Source: Candidatus Latescibacterota bacterium (lineage in GTDB: Bacteria > Latescibacterota > UBA2968 > GCA-2709665). Taken from it: a stretch of 64,000 nt of DNA. Location: contig CBDCOX010000002.1 of the NCBI GenBank assembly GCA_965219995.1, positions 384,001 to 448,000 on the forward strand, written 5' to 3'. Of the stretch, positions 19,912 through 29,333 are shown piece by piece; position 1 is the first letter of the stretch, and every line of letters starts with the position of its first letter. The translations under genes and the position numbers were made by a program. The notes under the pieces were generated by a model. It searched no databases, was not told where the DNA came from, and saw only the letters and a list, made by a program, of their open reading frames with translations.

Positions 19912-20146
19912 ATGCCAGTTTTCGACGTACATAAGGCGGGATATCAGTTATCCAGCCTATTGGTGAAAGTAGAAGCCGGTGAAGACGTCGTGATTACCCG
20001 AAACGGCGAACCGGTCGCGCGGCTTGTTCAGGATAGGAAGCGCCTCGGTGCACGGCGATTTGGCGCGATGAAGTGGAGGGTTGTGGTGAGCGAAAGACTT
20101 CATCGAGCCGTTGCCAGAGGCGGAGTTGGCGTCTTGGGAGTCGTAG
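19912..20146 (+). pseudogene. Phd/YefM antitoxin with +1 frameshift
   Basis: LSSLLVKVEAGEDVVITRNGEPVARLV..FGAMK. The canonical tail DFIEPLPEAELASWES* is in another frame after the AAA at 20093-20095. Confidence 0.75.
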
Positions 20147-20323
20147 CTTGGCTGTCTCACAATCCAACCTTCAACTGATACTGTGGCAGACTGTTTCAAC
20201 ACACTTCGCCTGGTCGAAGCAATTCGCTCGGGCCAATTACATTACCGGACCAGAAAACGGAACGAGGTCTGGGAAGTTCTGACGCAGGAGGCGGTTTTGC
20301 ATGGACGAAACATGGACAGCGAG

Positions 20324-20659
20324 ATGACCCAGGTGGCCGACACGCTCATCGACCGGATGGTACGAGCTATCGTCGACGAAGTCCATCCGGAGCAGGTGAT
20401 CCTCTTCGGCTCCCGCGGACGGGGAGACGAGAGCCAGGATTCAGACGTGGATCTGCTGGTCGTAGAGGCCGAACCCTTCGGCCCGGAGCGAAGTCGCCAC
20501 GAAGAATTGGTCAGACTCTACCACGCGCTGGCGGGCTTTCCTGTCGCAGCCGATGTCCTTGTTTATTCTCGCGACGACGTCGACTACTGGCGCGGCTCGC
20601 TCAACCACGTGCTGGCACGGGCATTGCGGGAGGGCAAGGTGCTCTATGAGCGACGTTAA
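20324..20659 (+). CDS. Minimal nucleotidyltransferase (MNT) antitoxin
   Basis: VILFGSRGRGD....SDVDLLVV motif, ending ALREGKVLYE. Confidence 0.88.
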   Translation: MTQVADTLIDRMVRAIVDEVHPEQVILFGSRGRGDESQDSDVDLLVVEAEPFGPERSRHEELVRLYHALAGFPVAADVLVYSRDDVDYWRGSLNHVLARALREGKVLYERR

Positions 20660-21032
20660 GTGCGCCAGGATGCTAATCGGTGCAGCCGAACGCGATATCG
20701 CCGCGCTCAGATTCATGCGGGATTCGGATGAGATCTCCGATGAGGTTTTCGGTTTTCACGTGCAGCAGGCCGCCGAGAAAATGCTCAAGGCGCACCTTGC
20801 TCTTCTGGGCATGGAGTACCCACTCACACACAATATTGAAGCACTCCTTGACCTTCTCGCCGAGCGTGGCATTCCTCCTGAACCCTTCGGGAAACTAATC
20901 GACTACACGCCCTACGCCGTCGAATTTCGCTATCAGGGTATCGGTCCGGATGCCGATCCGATCGATCGCGACGGCGCTGTGAGGCTTGTAGAAATGCTGC
21001 TGGACCAGGTGCGGCAGTTCTTGGCGGAATGA
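20646..21032 (+). CDS. HEPN domain protein
   Basis: FHVQQAAEKMLKA, YPLTHNI and YAVEFRY motifs. Overlaps the MNT gene. Confidence 0.88.
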   Translation: MSDVKCARMLIGAAERDIAALRFMRDSDEISDEVFGFHVQQAAEKMLKAHLALLGMEYPLTHNIEALLDLLAERGIPPEPFGKLIDYTPYAVEFRYQGIGPDADPIDRDGAVRLVEMLLDQVRQFLAE

Positions 21033-21144
21033 TCGGGCGTATAATGGAATTGGTTTCAGCGGATGTGTTTTATTCTGCCGGTGCGCCTCCGCCTTGAACG
21101 TAGTTAGATCGCCCTCCCGGCGCTTTGATCAGGGTCGACATCAG

Positions 21145-21264
21145 ATGAAGCCGTAGTTTGACGAGTCCATGCCGAGACCGCTCGTGGCGTACTTTCCGAG
21201 ATCACTCCAGATACTTACGGTCCAGCGTTTGGGTTGGAAGGGACGATCGAATGGAGATCTCCTA
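21145..21264 (+). pseudogene. DUF5615-like PIN toxin remnant
   Basis: MKP*FDESMPRPL....TVQRLGWKGRSNGDLL resembles the N-terminus of DUF5615 proteins. In-frame TAG at 21154, and similarity is lost after about 40 codons. Confidence 0.6.
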
Positions 21265-21374
21265 TCGGACCCGCCTTGGCAGACGCGACCGCGACGATAT
21301 ACAGCGGGAGTTCGATCCCGCCAGCCGACGCCACACACTGCATGGGCAATCCAGCATCCCGTAGGTCAGTGTAA

Positions 21375-23855
21375 ATGTCCGATTTGGAGCTCGACAGACT
21401 CACTGCTCAGATCGCGCGCGAGGAAGCACGGCTAAGAGAGATCGAGGCCGAACAGGCCGCCACCAGGCAGCGCGTGAAGACACTATCGGCGAAGCTCGAC
21501 ATGCTGCAGCAGTCGGTTTCGGGTGCCCCCCCGGTCTCGCTGCGAACAAACGCCCAGAAGGTCTCCCTCTTCCGGTCTCTATTCAGGGGCCGGGCCGATG
21601 TGTTCCCCAGGCACTGGCAGAACCCGAAAAAGCAAACCACGGGCTACGCCCCGGCGTGCGCCAACGAATGGGTGCGGGGGGTCTGTGATAAACCACGCGT
21701 CAAGTGTGGCGAGTGTCCCAATCAGGCCTTCATCGCAGTTACGGATCAGGTAATCATCGATCACCTCAGAGGTCGTCACATTGCGGGCGTGTATCCGCTG
21801 CTGGAAGACGAGACGTGCTATTTCCTCGCTCTCGACTTCGACAAGGCGAAGTGGAAGAGTGACGTGGCCGCATTCCGAAACACCTGTAAGCATTTCGGAC
21901 TGAATGCGGCAGTGGAGCGATCTCGATCCGGCAAGGGGGCCCACGTGTGGTTCTTCTTTGCCGAGCCGGTTCCCGCGAGCGAGGCCCGCAAACTGGGATG
22001 CTACCTGATCACCGAGACGATGGCGCAACGGAACGAGCTTCCGATGAGTTCGTACGACCGTCTGTTTCCAAGCCAGGACACGATGCCGCGAGGTGGATTT
22101 GGCAATCTGATCGCCCTGCCGTTGCAGTACGAGGCCAGGCAGCAGGACAATACCGTGTTCGTCAATGAGTCACGGGACCCTTACCACGACCAATGGGCGT
22201 TCCTGGCGGACATTCCCAGGATCGACCGATCTCAAGTGAAGGAGCTGGCTGGAGACGCGGTAGAGCGAGGAAAGGTTGTCGGCGTTCCTATCGTGCAGGA
22301 AACCAAGGGAACAGGAAGTCAACTCAAGTTTGAGGAGTCTTCAAGGAAGACAATCGCTATAGACGGAACGCTTCCTCCTCGTGTGCATGCTGTTCTCGGA
22401 GCGGACGTCGTGGTGGACGTAAGCGGATTGCCACCGGAGTTGATCGATCAGGTCAAACGGCTCGCCGCTTTTGAGAATCCGGAGTTCTACAAGAAGCAGG
22501 CAATGCGTCTGTCTACAGCGCTGACGCCGCGCGTAATCAGCTGTGCCGACGTGGCAGGCAACCGGGTCGGCTTGCCCCGAGGTTGCCTGCCCGCACTTGA
22601 GGATTTGATCGATAAGCACGATATCGAATTAGTAATCGATGATCAAAGATTGGATGGCGAGGCAATTGGTGTTGAGTTTCGCGGTGAGTTGACCGCGCTG
22701 CAACAGCAGGCGGTTCGTGCATTGCTCGACCACGATATCGGTGTCTTCGTGGCTCCCCCTGGCAGTGGTAAGACGGTTTTGGGCACGCGCCTGGTAGCCG
22801 CACGTGGACGCAGCACGCTCATCCTTGTGCACCGTACACAGCTCATAGACCAGTGGCGAACTCAACTGTCAGTTTTCCTCGATTTGAATCCGCGTGAGAT
22901 CGGGCAGATCGGCGGAGGCAGGCGAAGAACCACGGGAATTGTCGACGTCGGCATGCTGCAGAGCCTCGTGCGACGCGACAGGGAGCCCCTGTCGGGGTAC
23001 GGACACGTGATCGTGGACGAATGTCATCATGTCCCCGCCGTCTCTTTTGAAAAGGTAATGAGGAAGGTGCAGGCACGGCATATAACCGGGCTCACTGCAA
23101 CACCTCAGCGACGGGACGGTCATCATCCAATCCTGCACTTCCAACTCGGCCCGGTCCGCTTCTCGGTCGATTCCAGGCACGCGAAGGCCGCGCAGCGAAT
23201 GGAACATCAGGTCATCCAGAGAAAGACAGCCTTTCGGCTTCAGGACGAGTCGTCTGGATCCAGCATCCAGGAGGTCTACTTGAAACTCGCAAACGACCGA
23301 AGTCGCAACGAGATGATCCTGGACGATGTCATTGGCGCCCTCGAGGAACGCAGGTCTCCCATTCTGTTAACGGAACGCAGAGACCATCTCGACTACTTCG
23401 CCGGCCAACTGGACAGCGTCGCTCGGCACCTGGTGGTACTCAGGGGAGGAATGGGTGTGAGGCAGCGGGAGGAGGTCCGTAAGCAACTGAAGGACATTCC
23501 TGACAACGAGGAACGTCTCATCCTGGCAACTGGCCGCTTTATCGGTGAAGGCTTCGATGATTCCAGACTCGACACGTTATTCCTTGCTATGCCGATCTCC
23601 TGGAGAGGCACCCTTGTGCAATACGCGGGGCGGCTTCATCGCAGGCACCCGTCCAAGTCCGAGGTTCGCATATACGACTACGTGGACGCCGATGTGCCGT
23701 TGCTCGCAAAGATGTTTCAAAAACGACGAAAGGGATACCGGGCTATGGGCTATGATTTGCGCAAGCCGGACAACGACGAGAGTGTTCGAGGGGGCGACTA
23801 CGTTGTTGAATATGATCAGGACATCCTGCAAAGTCTCGGACGTGAGACGTTTTAA
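21375..23855 (+). CDS. AEP primase-like (TOTE-type) domain fused to SF2 DEAD/DEAH helicase
   Basis: N-terminus: LFRGRADVF, CANEW..C.KPRVKC..C, GVYPLL, LALDFD, ERSRSGKGAHVWFFF, GNLIALPLQ. C-terminus: APPGSGKT, DECHH, TAT, GEGFD, QYAGRLHR. Confidence 0.85.
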   Translation: MSDLELDRLTAQIAREEARLREIEAEQAATRQRVKTLSAKLDMLQQSVSGAPPVSLRTNAQKVSLFRSLFRGRADVFPRHWQNPKKQTTGYAPACANEWVRGVCDKPRVKCGECPNQAFIAVTDQVIIDHLRGRHIAGVYPLLEDETCYFLALDFDKAKWKSDVAAFRNTCKHFGLNAAVERSRSGKGAHVWFFFAEPVPASEARKLGCYLITETMAQRNELPMSSYDRLFPSQDTMPRGGFGNLIALPLQYEARQQDNTVFVNESRDPYHDQWAFLADIPRIDRSQVKELAGDAVERGKVVGVPIVQETKGTGSQLKFEESSRKTIAIDGTLPPRVHAVLGADVVVDVSGLPPELIDQVKRLAAFENPEFYKKQAMRLSTALTPRVISCADVAGNRVGLPRGCLPALEDLIDKHDIELVIDDQRLDGEAIGVEFRGELTALQQQAVRALLDHDIGVFVAPPGSGKTVLGTRLVAARGRSTLILVHRTQLIDQWRTQLSVFLDLNPREIGQIGGGRRRTTGIVDVGMLQSLVRRDREPLSGYGHVIVDECHHVPAVSFEKVMRKVQARHITGLTATPQRRDGHHPILHFQLGPVRFSVDSRHAKAAQRMEHQVIQRKTAFRLQDESSGSSIQEVYLKLANDRSRNEMILDDVIGALEERRSPILLTERRDHLDYFAGQLDSVARHLVVLRGGMGVRQREEVRKQLKDIPDNEERLILATGRFIGEGFDDSRLDTLFLAMPISWRGTLVQYAGRLHRRHPSKSEVRIYDYVDADVPLLAKMFQKRRKGYRAMGYDLRKPDNDESVRGGDYVVEYDQDILQSLGRETF

Positions 23856-23968
23856 TTTGAAAGAGACAGCAGTCGCAAAATGCGGTGGACTCTGTTCGGG
23901 GCTAATTCTGTGCGACGCTAATTCGGATATGGTCATCAACGGGGAAATTCCAATCGGAACGAAAACTG

Positions 23969-24463
23969 ATGGAAATCAATAAAAAAACGGTGTATATCGA
24001 GACATCGATCGTGTCATACTTGACGGCTCGACCTACGAGGGATCTGCTGGCGTCTGCCTGGAAAATGATCACGGTTGAGTGGTGGTCGACACAGAGTAAC
24101 CGATTCAACCTCTACACCTCTGATGTTGCACTTGAAGAGGCTGGAAAGGGAAACCCAGAAGCGGCGGCACGACGTCTTGAAGCTTTATCCGGCATTCCCA
24201 TATTGCCCATAACGAGAAGCGTCGTCGCGTTGTCCAAAGTTCTTCTCCAGGGTCGAGCCCTGCCCGCCGGGGCCCTGGACGATGCCCTGCATATTGCCGT
24301 ATCCGCAGTGCACGGCATCGATTATCTTCTGACCTGGAACTGTCGGCATCTTGATAATGCCGAAACCAAACCCATCGTGCGCAGCATTTGCAGCATACAC
24401 GAGCATATCAGTCCCGAAATATGCACCCCTCAAGAACTTATGGGAGTAGCTGAAGATGTCTGA
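23969..24463 (+). CDS. PIN-domain (VapC-like) toxin
   Basis: VYIETSIVSYL, DALHIA and DYLLTWNCRHL motifs. Confidence 0.88.
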   Translation: MEINKKTVYIETSIVSYLTARPTRDLLASAWKMITVEWWSTQSNRFNLYTSDVALEEAGKGNPEAAARRLEALSGIPILPITRSVVALSKVLLQGRALPAGALDDALHIAVSAVHGIDYLLTWNCRHLDNAETKPIVRSICSIHEHISPEICTPQELMGVAEDV

Positions 24464-24653
24464 CCAAATCATCAAGGAACTCTGGCAGATCAAAGACAGC
24501 ATCGCCCGGGAACATGACTATGATATCGAGTCCCTGGTTGCCCATCTCAAAACCAGACATCGGTCGGCGGGTCGGCAAGTTGTGGATCTGAGCGCCCTGA
24601 GGCGGACCGCCGACCAAGGTGGTCCAGGAGCGGCAGACAAGCCGCGCCAATGA
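24456..24653 (+). CDS. Small partner protein of PIN toxin (putative antitoxin)
   Basis: Overlaps the PIN stop by 8 nt. Helical, acidic/basic MSDQIIKELWQIKDSIAREHDYDI. Confidence 0.65.
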   Translation: MSDQIIKELWQIKDSIAREHDYDIESLVAHLKTRHRSAGRQVVDLSALRRTADQGGPGAADKPRQ

Positions 24654-24689
24654 TATAGACCGCCTGAACATTCCATCCGGATCGGCCAT

Positions 24690-24776
24690 TGCCGGCCCTT
24701 CGACCCTTCGACAGGCTCAGGGACCGCAAGCTCAGGGATCGGCTCGGTTTCTGCGACTCCCCTCAAGGGGGAGTGA
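24690..24776 (-). repeat. REP-like element with doubly nested 23-nt units
   Basis: Reverse-complement relative of 11307-11393, containing two CCCTGAGC.TGTCGAAGGG units, one inside the other. Confidence 0.8.
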
Positions 24777-24866
24777 TAAAACCGTTTAACGGGTGCGCGA
24801 TTTCACTTGCGACTATTTGGTTGCAGCTGAGCAAAGAGAAGCCGCGCCAGGTTTGATTTACAAAAC

Positions 24867-26141
24867 ATGCCCCTTCTCCGCTTTATACATGCCGCTGATC
24901 TGCATCTGGACAGCCCCTTCATCGGGGTAAAGGCCGTCGCTCCGGAGAACGTAGCGAGCGCGCTGCGGGAAGCGACGTTCAGCGCCTACGAGAATATCAT
25001 CGACCTGTGCATCGACGAACAGGTCGACGCGCTGCTTGTCGCCGGAGATGTATACGACGCAGCAGATCGGAGTCTGCGCGCCCAGCTCAGGTTCGTGGAG
25101 GGCCTGAGACGGCTTGACGAGGCCGGTATCCGTTCCTTCATCTGCCACGGCAACCACGACCCGCTGGACGGCTGGGAAGCGCGCCTGGATTATCCGAAAA
25201 GCTGTACGCGCTTTCTGAAGGACGCTCAGGTAGTACCGATTTTCAACGAAGATCCGCGTTGCGGTGTCGTACATGGAATCAGTTATGCGACGGGCGACGT
25301 CGCCGAAAACCTCGTGCCGCAGCTGGGCAGGGGGGATCCTGAGACGTTTTCCATCGGACTGATTCACGCCAATGTCGGTAGTGACGCCAGACATGCGAAC
25401 TATTCGCCTTGCTCGCTCGACGATCTTGAACGGTCGGGAATAGACTACTGGGCGCTCGGACACGTGCATAACAGGCAGGTCCTCAGCGAACGGTCTCCAA
25501 CCGTGGTCTATCCGGGCAACCCCCAGGGCAGGCATCCGAACGAAGAAGGCGCACACGGCGTGTATCTCGTCGAAGTGGATGAGGGAAAGGACGTCAACCT
25601 GGGCTTCAAGGCCGTGGACACCGTACGATGGGCGCGGGCCGACCTGGACGCCTCCGGAACAGACACGGTACCGGATCTGATCGAAGCACTCCATCAGCGC
25701 ATCCAGGACGTGCTGGCTGAATCGGAGGGCCGGTCGGTCGTGCTGAGGATCAGACTGACGGGAAGGAGCGCCATACACGCTTCGTTGCGGAGGCCTGCTG
25801 TCGTAGAGGATCTGATGGGCGAGGTAAACCGTGAATGGGCCGATCGTTCACCGTTCGCCTGGTGTGAGCGCATCGAGGACGAGACAGCGGCGACGTTCAA
25901 TCGGGATGAGCACAAGAAGGGCTCCGACTTCCTGGCAGAAGTGCTCAAGACTGCCGACAGGTCGAAGGAAGACCAAGACTTGGTGGCCCGTCTTCGTGAA
26001 GGTCTTTCCGACCTCTATGAGCACAGCCGCTATCGCCAGTACCTGTCCGAACACGTTCCAAGCGACGGTGACCTCTCCGCGCTAGTCTATGAGGCTGAGG
26101 CAATCGTCGTAGACCAGCTTCGCGGAAAGGAAGGCGCATGA
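24867..26141 (+). CDS. Mre11/SbcD-like metallophosphoesterase nuclease (YhaO family)
   Basis: IHAADLHLD, AGDVYD, GNHD, WALGHVH and YPGNPQGRH motifs. Confidence 0.92.
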   Translation: MPLLRFIHAADLHLDSPFIGVKAVAPENVASALREATFSAYENIIDLCIDEQVDALLVAGDVYDAADRSLRAQLRFVEGLRRLDEAGIRSFICHGNHDPLDGWEARLDYPKSCTRFLKDAQVVPIFNEDPRCGVVHGISYATGDVAENLVPQLGRGDPETFSIGLIHANVGSDARHANYSPCSLDDLERSGIDYWALGHVHNRQVLSERSPTVVYPGNPQGRHPNEEGAHGVYLVEVDEGKDVNLGFKAVDTVRWARADLDASGTDTVPDLIEALHQRIQDVLAESEGRSVVLRIRLTGRSAIHASLRRPAVVEDLMGEVNREWADRSPFAWCERIEDETAATFNRDEHKKGSDFLAEVLKTADRSKEDQDLVARLREGLSDLYEHSRYRQYLSEHVPSDGDLSALVYEAEAIVVDQLRGKEGA

Positions 26142-29100
26142 GAATCCGCGAATTATACATTGACGGTTTCGGGCGGTTCGCCGGCAGGCAATTCGGGCCC
26201 CTGGAACGACCCGTGACTGTCTTCTTCGGTCCGAACGAGGCGGGAAAAAGCACGTTGTTGGAATTCTTACGTAGAATGATGTACGGATATCCAGATGGAA
26301 GAAGCAGAGCAAATCAATACCCGCCCTTGATGGGGGGTAATCACGGAGGGCGCATTGCCGTTGAAGAAGGCGACGGTCGTCGGTACGACATTCGTCGAAC
26401 CGCCGGGAGCCGCGGTGGGACGCTGACGATTGCAGCAGTTTCCGGTGAATCCGTGGATGAAGCGACTCTTTCTCGATTACTGGGGTATAATTCCAGGGTC
26501 GTCTTCGAACAGGTGTTCGCGTTTACTCTTGAGGAATTGCACAGTAGTGAACTGTTGAATGATTCGAACGTCAACAGCCAGATCTACAGTGCTGGAATGG
26601 GTGTGACATCGCTGCCGAACGCGATCAGGAACATAGACACTGAGAAGGAGGCTATCTTCCTCAATCGAGGTAGAAGCAATCAGAAAACCTACGTCGTTTG
26701 CGGTGAAATCGACGAGATAGACAAAAGGCTGCAGGAAGATGCGGACAATGCGGCGAGATACGGAGAACGGACTGATCGCCTCAAGCAGGTCAAGGATGAG
26801 CTCGAAAGCCTCCGTGTCCGGCGACAAGAGATTCAGTCGCGGTACAATCATCAGGTAATGCTACAAAATGCCTGGGACGTCTGGATCGATTTTGTAACAG
26901 CGAGCAACAGGTTGCGCGAACTACCTGAGATCAACGAGTTTCCGAGAAACGGAGTTAGTGAGTTGGAGACGCTGGAAAAACTCGCAGCGACAGCCCGTGG
27001 AGAGTTGGAAGCGGCGAGACAGCGTCTGGTGGACACTCAGGAAAGGGCAACTCTCCAGATAGAGTTTGAATCAATACTCGAGCGGTCTTCCGAAGTACGT
27101 GATCTTGAGCGCCGCCGTAGCGCGTTTGATCAGTCGGTTAAGGACGTACCGGAACGACAGGCCGAACTCTCGGCCATGCGTCTTGATTTGAAGAATACAC
27201 TAGCCGATCTAGGTCAGGATTGGGACGTGGAAAGGCTTACCGGATTTGACCTGTCCATCGTTGTTCGCGAAGAAATCGCGAGTTTCGGAAATAGTCTCGG
27301 TGAAGCGCGAGAGGCCATGAACAGCGCAAATGCAGCCGTCGCAGCCGACCAAACCGCGCTGGAGGAAGCAGTTTTAGACCTCGAACACGCCAGGAACGAG
27401 TTCGACAACGCGCCTCCCGCCCGCCTTGAGAGAGATGAGATCCGCCAGAAACGCAGGCGAGTAGGTGCCGCCAGGGATACTCTGACTGAACTCTCCCGAA
27501 GTGAAGAGCGAGCCAGGGACCTGGGCGATCAGCTTGATGATGAATCGGACGGCGCCGCCTCACCGATCAGCCGTGATTGGAGCAAGATCACTCCTTCCGT
27601 CATCGGTGGGTCTGCTTTAATCGTCCTCGGGTTGCTCTTCGCCATCACCATCGACGGTTGGGGTTCCGTTGTCGGTATTTGCTCCGTCGTGCTTGGCGTT
27701 ACAATGATTGGTGCCGCCATTTACGTGTTCGCCCTTGGCAGGCCATTGAATCTACCCATTGAGTCGTCCATGGTAGTGCGAATCCGGCGGCAATTCAGAG
27801 AAGCGGAAGAACGCTCCGCCAAATTCCGAGAGGACCTCTCCGAACACGCATCGTTGCTTGGTATTAACACAATAGACTTGCACTCACTTGTAGAGATAGA
27901 AGAATCATTAAACGTCGAAGAATCGCGGATGAACGAGTTGGATCAATTAGCAACATCGCTGGACGAGATGAAGAAACGTGTGGTACGACGAGAGGCACGC
28001 TGTGATGATTCAAAACAGGCGCTGGACGGCGCCGAACGCACTTTCGAGACCGCTAAAGACGAATGGCGAACCTGGCTGAGAGAACGTGGCCTGATGGAGA
28101 CGTTCTCGCCAGAAAATATCGAAGTTTTGCGGGGCCTGGTAGATCTTGGGCGTTCTCATTACACCAAAGTTACTCAAATGGAAGACCGTATTGCCGCAAT
28201 CCATACCGATATTGAACAGTTCATTGATCTGGTCCATTCGCTTACTTCGGCGTATGGCTTCAAGTTTGACCCACAAGATTGGCCAGGGGTCGCGGTTACC
28301 GCCGACGAACTCATTGACTTGCACACGAGTGTCTTGGAAAAGGAACGCAAGCGAAAGGACTCCCAGGATGAGCTGGCTGGTGCGAAAAAAGAACTCGCCG
28401 GACGCAAAAAAAGCCTTGAGGAATTAGAACAGAAGTGGGAAGAATTGCTCAGCGCCGCGGGCGCACCGAGTCCGGATGAATTCAGGCGGACGGCCGATGT
28501 CTTCGCCGAGCAACAAGAGTTGGAGGCAAAGGTTGCCGGTGCGCTCGATCGACTTCGACGCCTCAGCGGTCCGGGAGGACCGCTGGAATTGCTAAGAGCG
28601 GAGCTGGAAGAGACCGATTTTCAGTCCATCGAAAACGAGATTACCCGGCTGGAGGCAGAACGGACCGACGTCGATGATCAACGTGAAACGCTGTCTGCCG
28701 AGCAGGGCGAAATCAGCAAGGAGCTGGATGGACTGATCGGCGACGAGGAGTCGTCACGGCTGCGGATGGAGCGAAACGTGCTCCTGGAGCAACTCAGGGA
28801 TCACGCACGTGACTGGACCCGGCTTACGCTCGCTCGCAACCTGCTCGACGAAGCGCGGCGTAAGTTCGAGCGCGAGCGCCAGCCTGGAGTCGTGCGTCAC
28901 GCTCAGGAATTCTTCACCGCGATCACCGATGGACGGTACCGACAGGTTTATGCTCCCCTTGGTGAACAGACGATAACGGTGGCGGACGCCAACGGGAATA
29001 CGAAGCAGCCGTCCGAGCTCAGCCGGGGCACCCGGGAGCAGTTGTTCCTGTCGCTCCGTTTCGGGCTGATCCGGGAACTGGGGCAGCGGACGGAGCCGCT

Positions 29101-29293
29101 CCCCGTCGTCGTGGACGAAGTCCTCGTCAACTTCGATCCGGACCGCGCGCTTCGCGCCGCCGTTGCCTTCACGGAGCTGTCCAAAACCAATCAGGTCCTG
29201 GTCTTTACCTGCCATCCGACGGTCGTCGATCTTTTCCTTAGCGCGACAGGTGAGTTGAACGTAGAGAAGCCCGACGTCGTGCAGATCATATAG
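26138..29293 (+). CDS. Rad50/SMC-like ATPase (YhaN/AAA_27 family) with central transmembrane hairpin
   Basis: GPNEAGKST, long coiled coils, two central hydrophobic helices, LSRGTREQL, VVDEVLVNFD and FTCH. ATGA overlap with the nuclease gene. Confidence 0.9.
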   Translation: MRIRELYIDGFGRFAGRQFGPLERPVTVFFGPNEAGKSTLLEFLRRMMYGYPDGRSRANQYPPLMGGNHGGRIAVEEGDGRRYDIRRTAGSRGGTLTIAAVSGESVDEATLSRLLGYNSRVVFEQVFAFTLEELHSSELLNDSNVNSQIYSAGMGVTSLPNAIRNIDTEKEAIFLNRGRSNQKTYVVCGEIDEIDKRLQEDADNAARYGERTDRLKQVKDELESLRVRRQEIQSRYNHQVMLQNAWDVWIDFVTASNRLRELPEINEFPRNGVSELETLEKLAATARGELEAARQRLVDTQERATLQIEFESILERSSEVRDLERRRSAFDQSVKDVPERQAELSAMRLDLKNTLADLGQDWDVERLTGFDLSIVVREEIASFGNSLGEAREAMNSANAAVAADQTALEEAVLDLEHARNEFDNAPPARLERDEIRQKRRRVGAARDTLTELSRSEERARDLGDQLDDESDGAASPISRDWSKITPSVIGGSALIVLGLLFAITIDGWGSVVGICSVVLGVTMIGAAIYVFALGRPLNLPIESSMVVRIRRQFREAEERSAKFREDLSEHASLLGINTIDLHSLVEIEESLNVEESRMNELDQLATSLDEMKKRVVRREARCDDSKQALDGAERTFETAKDEWRTWLRERGLMETFSPENIEVLRGLVDLGRSHYTKVTQMEDRIAAIHTDIEQFIDLVHSLTSAYGFKFDPQDWPGVAVTADELIDLHTSVLEKERKRKDSQDELAGAKKELAGRKKSLEELEQKWEELLSAAGAPSPDEFRRTADVFAEQQELEAKVAGALDRLRRLSGPGGPLELLRAELEETDFQSIENEITRLEAERTDVDDQRETLSAEQGEISKELDGLIGDEESSRLRMERNVLLEQLRDHARDWTRLTLARNLLDEARRKFERERQPGVVRHAQEFFTAITDGRYRQVYAPLGEQTITVADANGNTKQPSELSRGTREQLFLSLRFGLIRELGQRTEPLPVVVDEVLVNFDPDRALRAAVAFTELSKTNQVLVFTCHPTVVDLFLSATGELNVEKPDVVQII

Positions 29294-29333
29294 GTCACCT
29301 GCGACGCACCTGCGCCCTCCGATTCGCCCTTCT

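Noticed and set aside
21154-21156. Pyrrolysine readthrough of the TAG in the DUF5615-like fragment
   Set aside because: The fragment is also truncated, so decay is the simpler explanation.
19841-29293. Prophage or ICE
   Set aside because: No integrase, att repeats, tRNA target or structural genes visible.
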